Of a stretch of DNA of 54,960 nucleotides, positions 29,915 through 40,358 are shown piece by piece. The DNA lies in IMG/VR virus record IMGVR_UViG_3300030090_005625, positions 1 through 54,960 of that record; one strand, 5' to 3'. The notes under the pieces are model-generated. The model made no database searches, was not told where the DNA came from, and saw only the letters and a list, made by a program, of their open reading frames with translations. How positions within the stretch are numbered: position 1 is the first letter of the stretch; the number at the start of each line of letters is the position of its first letter. This DNA is from a virus. Taxonomy: Duplodnaviria; Caudoviricetes. A program made the translations under genes and the position numbers.

Positions 29915-30864
29915 ATAAAGTATTGTTAATAGGGCCAGGAAACATCGGTCTAGACTATTTTAAGGTTTTGGAAAATTTTAATTTCGAAGTCGATGTTATT
30001 GGTAGGTCAAAAAAATCAAGTGATAATTTTAGTAGAGAGGCCGAGTGTTTTGTCCATAGTGGTGGTTTAGATTCATACATAAATGATAATGAACAACCAC
30101 CAAGATATGCTATTGTAGCTGTAAACGAAAACCAATTGTGTGAAGTTGCTTTATCATTAATGGATTATGGGGTAAGAAATATTTTACTTGAAAAACCTGG
30201 TGCTATAAGTTATAATGAATTACTAGCAATTAGAAATAAAAGTATAATAAACGCATCCCATGTTTACATCGCTTATAATAGACGATTTTATCAATCGGTT
30301 GAAAAGTGTAGACAACTAATAAAAAATCAAAAACCAATAAACGTACACTTTGAATTTACAGAGTGGTCACACGACATCGATTTTGAGCACTACACTAATG
30401 AAGAGTTAAAAAGATTTTTTTTATGTAATTCATCTCATGTTGTAGATTTAGTGTTTCATTTATTTGGTAAACCCACGATATTAAACACACAAACGTTGGG
30501 TAGTTTAGATTGGCATCCATCAGCATCAGTATTCAATGGTAGTGGTAAAACCGAGAACGATACATTATTCACATATCACGCTAATTGGTCTTCAGCTGGT
30601 AGATGGGGTGTAGAGATAATGTTAGATGATTTTAAATTAATTTTAAGACCTTTGGAAAAATTATTCATACAACACAAGGGTTCGTTAGATACAACAGAGG
30701 TTCAGTTAAGTAATACTTTAGATACAATTTATAAACCTGGACTTTTTAATGAGGTCAATTCATTTCTACAACATTCCGTAAAAAATTTATGTACAATTGA
30801 TGAACAACTAAGAAACTTCGATTATTACTATGAAATAGCTAACTATACAAGGGAAAAGATATGA
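29899..30864 (+). CDS. Gfo/Idh/MocA oxidoreductase
   Basis: IGPGNIG, LLEKPG, AYNRRF, NSSHVVD. Confidence 0.85.
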   Translation: MSNNLNKVLLIGPGNIGLDYFKVLENFNFEVDVIGRSKKSSDNFSREAECFVHSGGLDSYINDNEQPPRYAIVAVNENQLCEVALSLMDYGVRNILLEKPGAISYNELLAIRNKSIINASHVYIAYNRRFYQSVEKCRQLIKNQKPINVHFEFTEWSHDIDFEHYTNEELKRFFLCNSSHVVDLVFHLFGKPTILNTQTLGSLDWHPSASVFNGSGKTENDTLFTYHANWSSAGRWGVEIMLDDFKLILRPLEKLFIQHKGSLDTTEVQLSNTLDTIYKPGLFNEVNSFLQHSVKNLCTIDEQLRNFDYYYEIANYTREKI

Positions 30865-31148
30865 TAATTTACGTCGACATTGATGGAACAATCTGTGATA
30901 GCACAGCTCACTATGATGATGCTAAACCAATTCAAAAAAATATTGATAAAATAAATAAATTGTATGATGATGGTCACACTATTATCTATTGGACAGCACG
31001 AGGGACGGTCACAAACATTGATTGGTTAGAAACCACGCAACAACAATTATTCGATTGGGGTTGTAAAAGCCATGATGTTAGAGTTGGTAAACCAGAATAT
31101 GATATGTGGATTGATGATAAATCTTTTAAAATAGAGGACGTGAAATGA
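30861..31148 (+). CDS. Small capless HAD-family phosphatase (capsule-biosynthesis type)
   Basis: DIDGT, WTARG, GKP..D..IDDK. Confidence 0.85.
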   Translation: MIIYVDIDGTICDSTAHYDDAKPIQKNIDKINKLYDDGHTIIYWTARGTVTNIDWLETTQQQLFDWGCKSHDVRVGKPEYDMWIDDKSFKIEDVK

Positions 31149-31807
31149 AAGTTGTAAATTTATTAGGAAGAGGGCCAAGTTTACGTAATTTAAGTAAATT
31201 ACCTCAGTCAGATTTAGTTGTTTTAGCAAATGATTTTGATACAGAAATATCACAAATTCAAGAATTAAGTGATTACTTAAAACAACAAACAATACATTTA
31301 GTTTTGAACATGGTAGTTCATAACGCTAATGGTTATAATGCAATAAACTTTTTTACAGAATATAATGTGACGAAATTAGTACGACCTTATCTTAATGGTA
31401 TACGGATACCAGGGAGTTCTGGACAAGACATACCTTTGGTCGAAAATTTCTTAGGTGACCATCATAAAGAGTTTATGTTCCACGGTGGATTAAAATATCC
31501 ATATGATTATGCCGGTACAGGTATTGCGGCTTTTGCCTACACGATGTTAGATACACAAGCTGATGAGGTGAACGTGATGGGTATCGATTTTTATGATAAT
31601 TTAAATTATGGACAACCCAACTATCTTGTCAATGATAAAGATGGTAGAGATTTTATCAGGGATTTTTGGAAACCAGAAGATATGCAAGAAAATGTTTGTA
31701 AACTAGTGAAAGGTAGACCAAATATTAAAGTTAATCTTCACACGATATGTAAAAATTTTATTGACGGTATGGATAAAATTGAAAATTTAAATATTATACA
31801 TTATTGA
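31145..31807 (+). CDS. Putative nonulosonate (sialyl)transferase, GT42/Maf-like
   Basis: LGRGPSL..., ANDF and MGIDFY echo CstII GNGPSL / NQFY / GIDFY. Confidence 0.55.
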   Translation: MKVVNLLGRGPSLRNLSKLPQSDLVVLANDFDTEISQIQELSDYLKQQTIHLVLNMVVHNANGYNAINFFTEYNVTKLVRPYLNGIRIPGSSGQDIPLVENFLGDHHKEFMFHGGLKYPYDYAGTGIAAFAYTMLDTQADEVNVMGIDFYDNLNYGQPNYLVNDKDGRDFIRDFWKPEDMQENVCKLVKGRPNIKVNLHTICKNFIDGMDKIENLNIIHY

Positions 31808-31852
31808 GCAGTTTGTTGATATTTATAAATGATTACTAATTAGAGGTTATTC

Positions 31853-32722
31853 ATGTCCAAGAAAAAATTAGCAGTTATACTAGGTGGATGGCACTACCCT
31901 TACGCATATTATCGACAAGTAGTAGACCAACAAATACCAGATGGATGGGACTGTGATTATTTTGTGGTTTCACATCGAGACCCAGAATTACCAATTGTCT
32001 ACGAGGAAAAACAAGCTTTGATAAAAACTCGAGGTGAGGGTTTATTACAAAGATTTGATAGAGAAATGTATGACCATATAATCACCAAAAAGGAATTGGT
32101 TGATTTGGGTTACACCTATGATGTCGAGGACAATCCAATCGGTGATTTATATCAACTCAATCAATGGGTACAAAGACATTATAATGGTCAATATGATAAA
32201 ATTTTATTTAGTCACGACGATAATTATATGCTTAACGATACTTTATTTGTTGACATTCTCGAGGGTAATGTTGATTTATTTTTAAATTTAGAACGTAATA
32301 AAATAACAAAAGTAGAACCTAGTTTTGATTGGAAACATTTATCCTCAGGTGTTTTAGAAAATACAATAACTCCCAGGACATCATTCACTTTTCTTGATAA
32401 AGAATTATTAGATGATTTAGCACCAGTAATTGATGAGATAACGACAAGGAACGTTGATTTGAATAGAAGTGGGGAAACCAACACGATTTATTACACCAAT
32501 GATAAACAAGTTGATAGACAACCACTCGGTTCTTGGAACTGGCCATCTCGAAACTTTACCAATTGGATGGTTGACAAAGGTTATACAGCTAAATCAGTAA
32601 GACTCTCTCCAGTTTATAGAGCTAATAAATACTTGATAGAGGGTGAACGAGGATTTATTTGGACACAAGAAGATGAAGCTAGAATTATACATAATCTATC
32701 ACAATATTACACTTTGAATTAA
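31853..32722 (+). CDS. Putative GT-A glycosyltransferase
   Basis: YDKILFSHDDNY DxD-like motif; cluster context. Confidence 0.5.
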   Translation: MSKKKLAVILGGWHYPYAYYRQVVDQQIPDGWDCDYFVVSHRDPELPIVYEEKQALIKTRGEGLLQRFDREMYDHIITKKELVDLGYTYDVEDNPIGDLYQLNQWVQRHYNGQYDKILFSHDDNYMLNDTLFVDILEGNVDLFLNLERNKITKVEPSFDWKHLSSGVLENTITPRTSFTFLDKELLDDLAPVIDEITTRNVDLNRSGETNTIYYTNDKQVDRQPLGSWNWPSRNFTNWMVDKGYTAKSVRLSPVYRANKYLIEGERGFIWTQEDEARIIHNLSQYYTLN

Positions 32723-33769
32723 ATGGAAAAGATTAATAAAAAATTTGCGTGGATTGTTGATGGTAGTGGTGCCAACTCTTGGGGAGTTCAAGATAATCAG
32801 GCCATACATTTAAAAGACGGAAAACCATTTATTAATCCAACTTTTAGTTTCGATAGTAAAAATGGTGGTTCTTTTTTGTTCAATTGGCAATATCCATTCA
32901 TGTTTGAAGAGGGTTATTTTTTAAATTGGAATGATTATCTAAAAGATGGAACAGAATTACCTGATGTTGATTTTGATATTATTTTCTTCACCGTTATGAA
33001 AAACTATGATGAATGTACAATAGAAAAATTAAGAAAAAAATATCCAAACGCTAAGATAGCTGGATATATTAAAGAATTATGGCAACCAGGACAAAATTCA
33101 TTCATGTTTGATTACCCAGGATATTTAAAACATATAGAATTTTTAAAGAAATGTGACGCTGTTGTATTGTATAACATGGAGATGGGTGTATTTAGGGATA
33201 TGGAGGAAAAAGTCGGACAACCTTTTAGTATCGTAACTATGCCAATGGACGTTGATTATTTTTATAAAAAGTTTTATAAAAACACTAGAGAACGTTCTTT
33301 GTTTTGTTATTTACCACCGATTCATAATCGGAGAAGTAATACTGAAGAATTTTCTAAATATATAGCACAAAAATATAATCTTAAATTTGTTGATAGAGAT
33401 GTGGAAGCTTACAGAACAAAGTCATTAGATAATCCACGTGATTTTCAATTAGGTGACTTTATAGACAAATGGTCGAGTTGTATATTTCATATCAACTTAG
33501 ACCCGGATTGTAATATGCCAGGTAGTCAAGCAATGCAATGTGCGGCGTTAGGTGTGATTAATATAGGTGGATTGAATTGTTCTCATAGATTATTATGGCC
33601 GGAGACAGCTACTTTAGACCCAAATATATTGGAGAGTAGGATTAGAGATTATTTGGATAATCCTGAGAAAATAATGAACGCTGTTGATTATGCATACAGA
33701 ACAGTAAAAAAGTTTCATGATACTAAATCTGTTATGGAACAAATAAAAAATATAAGATGGAGAAATTGA
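32723..33769 (+). CDS. Putative GT-B glycosyltransferase
   Basis: FDIIFF, PMDVD, PGSQAMQCAALGVINIG donor-binding-like segment. Confidence 0.55.
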   Translation: MEKINKKFAWIVDGSGANSWGVQDNQAIHLKDGKPFINPTFSFDSKNGGSFLFNWQYPFMFEEGYFLNWNDYLKDGTELPDVDFDIIFFTVMKNYDECTIEKLRKKYPNAKIAGYIKELWQPGQNSFMFDYPGYLKHIEFLKKCDAVVLYNMEMGVFRDMEEKVGQPFSIVTMPMDVDYFYKKFYKNTRERSLFCYLPPIHNRRSNTEEFSKYIAQKYNLKFVDRDVEAYRTKSLDNPRDFQLGDFIDKWSSCIFHINLDPDCNMPGSQAMQCAALGVINIGGLNCSHRLLWPETATLDPNILESRIRDYLDNPEKIMNAVDYAYRTVKKFHDTKSVMEQIKNIRWRN

Positions 33770-34662
33770 TGAAAATTTTAGTAACTGGTGGGAGTGGTTT
33801 AGTCGGTAAACATTTACAAGAAATATTACCAGATGCAACTTACATATCGTCAAAGGATTATGATTTGACCGACTCACTCCACGTGCACAAAATGTTTTAC
33901 CAAAATAAACCCGATATGGTTATTCATTTAGCTTCAAGAGTGGGTGGGATATTAGACAACATTAAATATCCAGTTGATTACCTTGAGCAAAATATTTTAA
34001 TCAACACGAATGTTTTAAAACATTGTCATATGTTTAATGTTCCAAAAGTGATATCTGTGCTTAGCACTTGTATTTATCCTGATGTGGTGGATGTTTACCC
34101 TATGAAAGAAGAAATGTTATTTCAAGGGCCACCACCTAGTGATAATTTTGCGTATGCTATGTCTAAACGATGCATGGCCACACAAATAGATTCTTATGTG
34201 AAACAATATAATAAGGAGTGGTCTTATCTAATCCCTTGTAATTTATACGGAGAACATGATAAATTTGAAGAACATAATAGTCATTTTGTATCTGCTCTGA
34301 TTAAAAAAATAAATGAGTCCAAAGACAATATTGAGGTGTGGGGAACAGGTAAACCACTAAGGCAGTTCATGTACGCCGGAGATTTAGCTAGAGTCATTAA
34401 ATACATGATTGATAATAATGTGGTTGATAACTTTAATGTTGCACCTGATTATGTGCATTCGATTGAAGAAATAACTAAGATTGGAATTAAAGCTTGTGAT
34501 AAAGAGTTGACAATAAATTATGATAAAACAAAACCCGATGGTCAATATAGAAAAGATGTTGACTCATCAAAACTTATCTCGGTGATGAAAGATTTTAAAT
34601 TTACTTCACTCGAGGATGGTATAAGGAGAGTTTATGATAACTTTAGTAAAAGACACAATTGA
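33769..34662 (+). CDS. fcl: GDP-L-fucose synthase / ColC-like epimerase-reductase
   Basis: TGGSGLVG, HLASRVGGI, STCIYP, YAMSK, PCNLYG, GTGKPLRQF, KPDGQ. Confidence 0.92.
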   Translation: MKILVTGGSGLVGKHLQEILPDATYISSKDYDLTDSLHVHKMFYQNKPDMVIHLASRVGGILDNIKYPVDYLEQNILINTNVLKHCHMFNVPKVISVLSTCIYPDVVDVYPMKEEMLFQGPPPSDNFAYAMSKRCMATQIDSYVKQYNKEWSYLIPCNLYGEHDKFEEHNSHFVSALIKKINESKDNIEVWGTGKPLRQFMYAGDLARVIKYMIDNNVVDNFNVAPDYVHSIEEITKIGIKACDKELTINYDKTKPDGQYRKDVDSSKLISVMKDFKFTSLEDGIRRVYDNFSKRHN

Positions 34663-35788
34663 TAATAATGATATAGATAGATTAATTGATTGGTTAAAAA
34701 CATATCCACGGTTAACCAAGGGAAAAGTAACCTTGGATTTTGAACAAAAATTTACGAAATGGTTAGGTAGAAAATACTCAGTATATTGTAATTCAGGTTC
34801 ATCAGCTAATTTATTGATGTTATCTGCATTACAACAAGGTGAGTATTTGAAAAACAATAAAATAGTAGTCCCATCTGTAGCATGGGCTACTGATTTAGCA
34901 CCAGTTATACAACTAGGATTAGAACCGATATTGTGTGATTCTAATTTTGATGATTTATCAGCCGATTTAGATTATTTGGAGAAACTTTTCATTGAAGAAA
35001 AACCATCGGTATTAATGTTTGTCTCGGTGCTAGGTTTAGTACCAAACATGGAAAAGGTTGTCAACTTATGTAAAAAACATGACGTAATTTTACTCGAGGA
35101 CACCTGTGAGTCAATGGGTTGTGAATATTTAGGAAAAAAACTAGGGACTTTCGGAACGATGTCTAGTTTTTCAACTTTTTTTGGTCATCACATTTCAACT
35201 ATCGAGGGTGGAATAATTTCAACAGACGACAAAAAACTTTATGAAATTTTATTATCCATAAGAAGTCATGGTTGGGATAGAGATTTAAGCAAAGAAACAC
35301 AAGATGAATTACAAAAAAAATGGAAGGTAAGTGAGTTCAATTCATTGTATACATTTTACTATTCAGGATTTAATCTTAGGTCTACAGATTTACAGGCCTA
35401 CATAGGTTTATCCCAAATTGATAAATTAGAAGATTGGGGTAGGAGTAGAGAGTATAATTATAATATGTATCAAGATTTGATTGAAAATGATTATTGGAAA
35501 CCTAAATCACAAGAGGATTCGTTTACATCTAATTTCGCGTATCCTGTAATTCATCCAAACAGAGATACAATAGTTCAAAAGTTGAGAGATAATAAAGTTG
35601 AAGTTAGACCGATGATTTGCGGTTCAATGGGTACGCAACCTTTTTACGTTAAAAAATATGGTGTTTTAAAATTACCAAATGTCACAACGATTGATGAGTT
35701 TGGTTTTTATGTTCCTAATCATCCTAAACTTACTGTTGAGCAAATAAAGTTTATTTGTGGTTTAATCAATGAGGGTATAAGAGAATGA
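34634..35788 (+). CDS. PLP-dependent GDP-4-keto-6-deoxymannose 3-dehydratase (ColD-like; DegT family with His in place of Lys)
   Basis: NSGSSANLL, LEDTCE, FSTFFGHHISTIEGG, RSHGW, GFNLR. Confidence 0.78.
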   Translation: MITLVKDTIDNNDIDRLIDWLKTYPRLTKGKVTLDFEQKFTKWLGRKYSVYCNSGSSANLLMLSALQQGEYLKNNKIVVPSVAWATDLAPVIQLGLEPILCDSNFDDLSADLDYLEKLFIEEKPSVLMFVSVLGLVPNMEKVVNLCKKHDVILLEDTCESMGCEYLGKKLGTFGTMSSFSTFFGHHISTIEGGIISTDDKKLYEILLSIRSHGWDRDLSKETQDELQKKWKVSEFNSLYTFYYSGFNLRSTDLQAYIGLSQIDKLEDWGRSREYNYNMYQDLIENDYWKPKSQEDSFTSNFAYPVIHPNRDTIVQKLRDNKVEVRPMICGSMGTQPFYVKKYGVLKLPNVTTIDEFGFYVPNHPKLTVEQIKFICGLINEGIRE

Positions 35789-36786
35789 AATATTTAATCA
35801 CAGGCGTTGCTGGATTACTTGGTTCTAGATTAGCGGAGTGGATTGTAAATAATACTGAGCATGAAGTAGTGGGTATTGACGACCTAAGTGGGGGTTACAT
35901 TGAGAATGTTGATAAAAATGTAAAATTTTATAAATTCGATTTAGTAGATTTGGATAAAGTAAACGGTGTATTTAAAAAAGAAAAACCAGATGTGGTTTAT
36001 CATTTTGCAGCTTACGCCGCAGAGGGTTTGAGTCCATTTATTAGAAAGTACAATTATGAAAACAATTTAATATCTTCAACAAATTTAATCACAAATAGTA
36101 TACAATACGATGTAAAAAGATTTGTTTTTGCTAGTTCAATGTCAGTATACGGTGATGCATATGAGCCACCATTTGATGAGAGTCTACAACAACGTCCAAT
36201 TGACCCTTATGGTATAGCTAAATTCGCAGTAGAACAAGATTTAAAAATAGCATATGACCAACACGGTTTAGATTATACAATTATTAGACCACATAATTTT
36301 TATGGAAAAAATCAAAACATATGGGATAAATATCGAAATGTCTTAGGTATTTGGATGTATCAATTAATAAATGATATGAGACCAACAATATTCGGTGATG
36401 GGGAGCAAAAAAGAGCTTTTAGTTACGTTGATGATTCTATTCAACCTTTATGGGAAGCTTCTCAGAACCCAGATTGTATTAATCACATTATCAATCTAGG
36501 AGGAATAAAAGAGTACACGATAAATGAGGCTTGTAACACGTTATTGGAAGTTACAGAGTCAAAAATAAAACCACAGTATCTTGAAGCTAGACATGAAGTT
36601 AAATACGCCTGGTCTACTTGGGAAAAATCAGTTGATATGTTAGGGTTCGAACATAAAATAGATTTACACGACGGTTTGAAAAAAATGTGGGATTGGGCTT
36701 TAAAACAACCAAGAAGAAAAAGATTTTTTTGGTCTAATTATGAGTTAAAAAAGGGTATTTATGATTTTTGGAAAAGAGAAGAATAA
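35785..36786 (+). CDS. NAD-dependent epimerase/dehydratase
   Basis: TGVAGLLG, HFAAYAAE, SSMSVYG, YGIAK, GDGEQKRAF. Confidence 0.9.
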   Translation: MKYLITGVAGLLGSRLAEWIVNNTEHEVVGIDDLSGGYIENVDKNVKFYKFDLVDLDKVNGVFKKEKPDVVYHFAAYAAEGLSPFIRKYNYENNLISSTNLITNSIQYDVKRFVFASSMSVYGDAYEPPFDESLQQRPIDPYGIAKFAVEQDLKIAYDQHGLDYTIIRPHNFYGKNQNIWDKYRNVLGIWMYQLINDMRPTIFGDGEQKRAFSYVDDSIQPLWEASQNPDCINHIINLGGIKEYTINEACNTLLEVTESKIKPQYLEARHEVKYAWSTWEKSVDMLGFEHKIDLHDGLKKMWDWALKQPRRKRFFWSNYELKKGIYDFWKREE

Positions 36787-37560
36787 ATGAAAAACTTAGT
36801 GTTTATGCTAGATGTAGATATTAAAGGGGACGGGAGATACGCTAGTAACAGAAGAGAGTCTTACAAATACTCAATAGATAGTTGGAAAAAATGGTGTGAC
36901 AAAAACAATTGTGAATTATTTGTTTTAAATGATTTAGTCTTAGAAAATGACAAAATGGGTATTTGTTGGCAGAGATATTATATGTTTGATATATTAGATG
37001 CAAATAACGTTGAATATAATCAAGTTTTAATGGTTGACGCTGACACGATTGTTCACCCTGATTGTCCAAACTTTTTTGAAATGACAGATAATAAAATGTG
37101 TGCTGTGGAATTTGATGGTAGTTGGGATTGGGTTTTACGTGGTATCGAAAATTATTCAAAATATATATTTGATGGTTTTATGATGCCTTGGGAGAAGTAT
37201 TTTGACGCTGGTTTTATTATTGTGAATAAAAAACACAAACAATTTTATCAAGATATTGTTAGTTTTTATTTTACAAATCAAGATAATTTAATAAAATTAC
37301 AAGAAACTTTTTTCAATGGTACTGACCAAACACCTGTTAATATGTTAGCACATTTACATAATATTGAATTAAAATTATTACCGTATGAATACAACATGAA
37401 TGACATGGCTAGGAAAGAGGTTTTAACAGATGATTTATTATTTACCAAAGTGGGTTGGATATATCAGTACAACGCTATTCCAAACAACAAGGAAAACAAA
37501 ATTACTAATCATTTGATGAAGAAAACTTATGAACATTTTTATGGAGAATTAAATGATTAA
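36787..37560 (+). CDS. GT-A (GT8-like) glycosyltransferase
   Basis: WQR, VDADT DxD motif, FDAGFII, DQTPVN; paralog of the N-half of 24089..25447. Confidence 0.78.
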   Translation: MKNLVFMLDVDIKGDGRYASNRRESYKYSIDSWKKWCDKNNCELFVLNDLVLENDKMGICWQRYYMFDILDANNVEYNQVLMVDADTIVHPDCPNFFEMTDNKMCAVEFDGSWDWVLRGIENYSKYIFDGFMMPWEKYFDAGFIIVNKKHKQFYQDIVSFYFTNQDNLIKLQETFFNGTDQTPVNMLAHLHNIELKLLPYEYNMNDMARKEVLTDDLLFTKVGWIYQYNAIPNNKENKITNHLMKKTYEHFYGELND

Positions 37561-38554
37561 ATTAAATAACAAATATGTCATAGGGACACACGTCATGTTC
37601 TTTGAAATTGAAATGTATAAGGATTTCATTGATGGTTTGGTAAATTTATTACAAGATGTGAGTAATAAAAATAATGTAACAATTGATTTATGCTTTAATC
37701 TAACAGAGAACGTGGAAAAAATAGACTTTGAAAAAACATCAAGAGATGAATTACTGAATAAATTTCATAATGGTGTGGACGTGATTAGAAACATGGGTTA
37801 TACCGTTAAAGCAAAAATAGTAGAGGACGAGTTTTATTTCCATACAGATTACAGAAGAGATTTGAATTATAACTATTGTAAAAAAGTTGATTATGTTATG
37901 TGGGGTGAGACCGATAGTTTTTTTCCAAAAGAAGCGTTCCAAGTCATAGAAACATTATCCGAGTACACTAATGAGCAAAATATACATAGATATTTATTAA
38001 GTTTCGCTGATAGAAAAATGTGGGATTCTTCCTGGGACCCGTTAGTTCATGTTGACTATAAAGATGTAGTCTTTGAAGATGAGGAAGATTCTTATTTGAA
38101 TCCAAATCAAGCAAAATCACCCATGTCGATTAAAAAGATGAACGAGATAAATGCAAAATCAAAAGAATTTAATTTTACTTATATTACTAAACCAAAAATA
38201 AGTGGTGCTTGTTTAGTTTTATCGTCTGATTTGATAAAATGTGGTGTGAATGTACCACCGTGTCTACTTTACAATGATGACGAGGGTTTATCAATTATGG
38301 CTGAAAAAGTGATGTCCCAAGGGTTTATTCAGTTCATTTGTGATAATATATTACACGTTCACGCTAGGAGACATCCAAATAAAAGATTATATGTTAAGAG
38401 TGAGGATAATCCTCATTCATTTATAAGTGAAAAGAATGAAAAATTTCAAAAGTTATTAGAACTATCAAGACAAAATATTCAAAGTTTAATAACAGGTAAA
38501 AATAAATTTTTTGAATATAAAGACTTGAAAAACATATTGGAGACAATGAAATGA
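37553..38554 (+). CDS. Putative GT-A glycosyltransferase
   Basis: DYVMWGETD motif, GACLV, NDD, late H; cluster context. Confidence 0.5.
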   Translation: MIKLNNKYVIGTHVMFFEIEMYKDFIDGLVNLLQDVSNKNNVTIDLCFNLTENVEKIDFEKTSRDELLNKFHNGVDVIRNMGYTVKAKIVEDEFYFHTDYRRDLNYNYCKKVDYVMWGETDSFFPKEAFQVIETLSEYTNEQNIHRYLLSFADRKMWDSSWDPLVHVDYKDVVFEDEEDSYLNPNQAKSPMSIKKMNEINAKSKEFNFTYITKPKISGACLVLSSDLIKCGVNVPPCLLYNDDEGLSIMAEKVMSQGFIQFICDNILHVHARRHPNKRLYVKSEDNPHSFISEKNEKFQKLLELSRQNIQSLITGKNKFFEYKDLKNILETMK

Positions 38555-39516
38555 AAAAAAGAGCATTAATTACTGGTATTACCGGTATGGATGGTAGTTA
38601 TCTTGCCGATTTACTTCTCGAAAAAAATTATGAAGTATTTGGTTTAGAAAGAAGATGTTCTACTAAAAATAGAGTTAACACAACTCATCTTGAGGGTAAG
38701 ATTACTTTTATAATGGGTGATTTAACAGACCAAAACTCATTATTAAGGGCATTAGAAATATCAAATCCAGATGAGGTGTATAATCTAGCTGCACAATCAT
38801 TCGTAAAGGAGAGTTGGAACACACCTGAACAATCATCTAAAGTTACAGCCTCTGGTGTTTTAAGAATGTTAGAAGCTATAAGACAATATAATAAAAATAT
38901 AAAATTTTATCAAGCATCAACATCTGAAATGTTCGGAAAAATGGAAAATTTCGCTAATGAGGACACTCCTTTTTACCCAAGGTCACCTTATGGTGTAGCT
39001 AAATTGTATGGTCATTGGATAACAATAAACTATCGTGAGTCTTATGATATGTTTAATGTTTGTGGTATACTTTTTAATCACGAAAGTGAGAGAAGAGGTA
39101 AGGAATTTGTAACTAGAAAAATTACTGACGGGGTTGCTAGGATTCATTTAGGGTTACAAGATTATATTACTCTTGGTAATTTAGATGTTAAACGTGATTG
39201 GGGTTACGCACCTGATTATGTCGAAGCTATGTGGATGATGCTACAACAAGAAGAACCAAATAATTATATTATTGCTACTGGTCAATATCACACACTTGAA
39301 GATTTTTTGAATGTGTCATTTAAAGAGATTGGAATTGATAATTGGTCTAATTATGTTAAGCAAGATGAACGATATATGAGACCAGCTGATGTATTTTATT
39401 TAAGAGGTGACTCATCAAGGGCTCAACAAGAGTTAGGTTGGAAACCAAGAACATCATTTGAACAAATGGTTAGTAGAATGGTTCAAAATGATATTAGGTT
39501 GTCAAATGATAAGTAA
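38551..39516 (+). CDS. gmd: GDP-mannose 4,6-dehydratase
   Basis: ITGITGMDGSYLA, YNLAAQSFV, QASTSE, PRSPYGVAK, FNHES.RRG..FVTRKI, RDWG. Confidence 0.96.
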   Translation: MKKRALITGITGMDGSYLADLLLEKNYEVFGLERRCSTKNRVNTTHLEGKITFIMGDLTDQNSLLRALEISNPDEVYNLAAQSFVKESWNTPEQSSKVTASGVLRMLEAIRQYNKNIKFYQASTSEMFGKMENFANEDTPFYPRSPYGVAKLYGHWITINYRESYDMFNVCGILFNHESERRGKEFVTRKITDGVARIHLGLQDYITLGNLDVKRDWGYAPDYVEAMWMMLQQEEPNNYIIATGQYHTLEDFLNVSFKEIGIDNWSNYVKQDERYMRPADVFYLRGDSSRAQQELGWKPRTSFEQMVSRMVQNDIRLSNDK

Positions 39517-40348
39517 AAATGCCATAATAGAATCAAAAGAAATTACTATTGGTAAGAATGTTACAATTGGTGATAATGTTGAAATAAAGTGTCCTGAATA
39601 CATTCGAATAGGGGATAATTCTGTAATAAGTGATAACGTTAAAATAAATTGTACATCTTTCGAGGTCGGTGACTATTTGTTTATGTGTGAACGTGTTGAG
39701 GTTGGTCGAGGTGGTTGTTACGGCCCTAATTCTAGAGTTAAGATTGGAAAACACGTTGGTATTTTTGAAGGGACTGTAATCAATCCATCAGAGATGGTTG
39801 AAATTGGTGACGACGTTGGTATCGGTGGTGATGTGATGATTTGGACACATGGTGCTTGGTTAGACGCTCTTCAAGGATTTCCAGCTGATTTCGGACCTGT
39901 AAAAATTGGTAATAGTGTTTGGTTACCCGCAAGAAGTATAGTTTTACCTAACGTAACTATTGGTGATAATGTAGTTATAGGAATTAATTCAATAATTAAT
40001 AGAAGTCTTCCAAATGGTTGTTTCGCAGCTGGTTCACCATGTAAAGTTATAAAAGAAGACGTATATCCGAAACCGTTGTCAACGGAGGCTATAGAAAAAT
40101 TAGTGGTCGATATTTTGGATAATTGGAAAAAATTAATTGAATTCAAAGGAGTTACGCGACCAGTGGATGTTAACTACGAAAACGGAAAAATATTTTTGAA
40201 TCAGAGTCATTACAAAACTATTTATGATATACAAGACAAAACTATAAATGGTTATATTAATGACGTTGCAGAAGATTTAAGAGATTATATGCGTAGAAGA
40301 GGAATCAAAATTTATAATGGAGAACCATTTAAATCAATAAAGTTATAA
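39506..40348 (+). CDS. Hexapeptide-repeat (left-handed beta-helix) acyltransferase
   Basis: Many IG.NV.I repeats, IWTH, AGSPCKVIK; likely ATG at 39506. Confidence 0.9.
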   Translation: MISKNAIIESKEITIGKNVTIGDNVEIKCPEYIRIGDNSVISDNVKINCTSFEVGDYLFMCERVEVGRGGCYGPNSRVKIGKHVGIFEGTVINPSEMVEIGDDVGIGGDVMIWTHGAWLDALQGFPADFGPVKIGNSVWLPARSIVLPNVTIGDNVVIGINSIINRSLPNGCFAAGSPCKVIKEDVYPKPLSTEAIEKLVVDILDNWKKLIEFKGVTRPVDVNYENGKIFLNQSHYKTIYDIQDKTINGYINDVAEDLRDYMRRRGIKIYNGEPFKSIKL

Positions 40349-40358
40349 GGAAAAAAAT

